From Lama glama (lineage: Eukaryota): a stretch of 64,000 nt of DNA. The translations under genes and the position numbers were made by a program. Below are positions 63,111 through 64,000 of this stretch, piece after piece (position 1 is the stretch's first letter; each line of letters opens with the position of its first letter). The stretch is taken from NCBI GenBank assembly GCA_028534125.1, contig CM052816.1, positions 62,870,001 to 62,934,000 on the forward strand, read 5' to 3'. Below the pieces are notes generated by a model. It saw only the letters and a program-made list of their open reading frames with translations, was not told where the DNA came from and ran no database searches.

Positions 63111-64000
63111 ATTAATTTGTCAAATATGTATACTGCTTCTATTCCCCTAAACAGAATCTTGAGTTACTGTTTTGCAATTTAATGATTTAAAACTTTACTA
63201 ACTGGAACAATTTGTATCACGTGTAAATTTTAAGAAATACATAAATATCATTGCAATTAGACACTTAAAATATTTTAGATAATATTTTTGTATTCTGGTA
63301 CCTAGAAATGAAATCAACTAAAGAGGAATCTGCTTCTCTTAAGCACTTATAAAGATAAAAAGAACAAACTGGCAATGATAGCCATGCAGTATTATATCTG
63401 ATTGGTGATCTCTGGATCTATAATACATTATCTGAATAAGCTTCAACTACAAAAGTGGCATGAGATCCAAAACATAGATTATAATTACTTCAAGCTCTGC
63501 ATGTTTCCTCCATAATTCTTGAGTGACTAATTATGTTCATGACTTGATGAGTGCATGAGCTGAATTCATTTTTCAAACTGCCACAGTGAATTTTTTGCAC
63601 TATACTTTTTAAATAGCAATTGCTAATTAGTGAGCACCCGTCTGTATGAAAGATGCTTTAAAACTAATTTTTAAGAATTTCTTCCTGGTCATTTTCAAGC
63701 ATTTGGTGATACGCTTGCTTAGTCTTTCTGTTGGATTTGTTTTGTTTTGCTTGCTTTTGGTAAATTATAAAAACTTCTGCTAGTGTCAACTAAGAAGTAA
63801 AGAGAAGATAAAAATGGAGGAAATTAATAAATTAATAATATTAAAAACAGAGTAACAAAAGATTAGATTTTATGCAGAGAAGTCAGAAAGAAATTGACTA
63901 TTCTATATAGATGATAATGATAATGCTAGTATCAACTCATCTTGCACAGTTCAGTGTTACTCAGACTGTGTATCTTGAACAATCCTCAGCTAAATCAACT

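Noticed and set aside
1..64000. A novel multi-gene biological system
   Set aside because: No intact coding genes, CpG island, operon-like structure or array is present; the content is explained by known mammalian repeats and unique non-coding DNA.

Overview
AT-rich, CpG-poor, non-coding mammalian genomic DNA, almost certainly from a camelid (alpaca/llama/camel). Three tRNA-Ala-derived SINEs of the camelid vic-1 type and several copies of one lineage-specific L1 3' UTR are present. No credible protein-coding gene is visible: every recognisable ORF in the track is a decayed L1 ORF2 piece or its antisense, and the rest look like chance ORFs. Much of the window is interspersed repeat: young and old L1, L2, MIR, MaLR/ERV1 solo LTRs, and hAT-Charlie and Tigger MITEs. 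There is also a 100-N assembly gap. It is probably a large intron or intergenic region. I found no evidence of a previously undescribed biological system. The best observations are mechanistic retrotransposition fossils: a tailless 5'-half tRNA-Met retrocopy with 15-bp TSDs, a twin-primed 5'-inverted L1 with a duplicated overlap, tandem L1 3' ends and a 3'-truncated L1. There are also a strong CTCF motif, a candidate enhancer and a speculative minus-strand micro-exon. Repeat subfamily names are from memory of consensus sequences, and the boundaries of old repeats are approximate.
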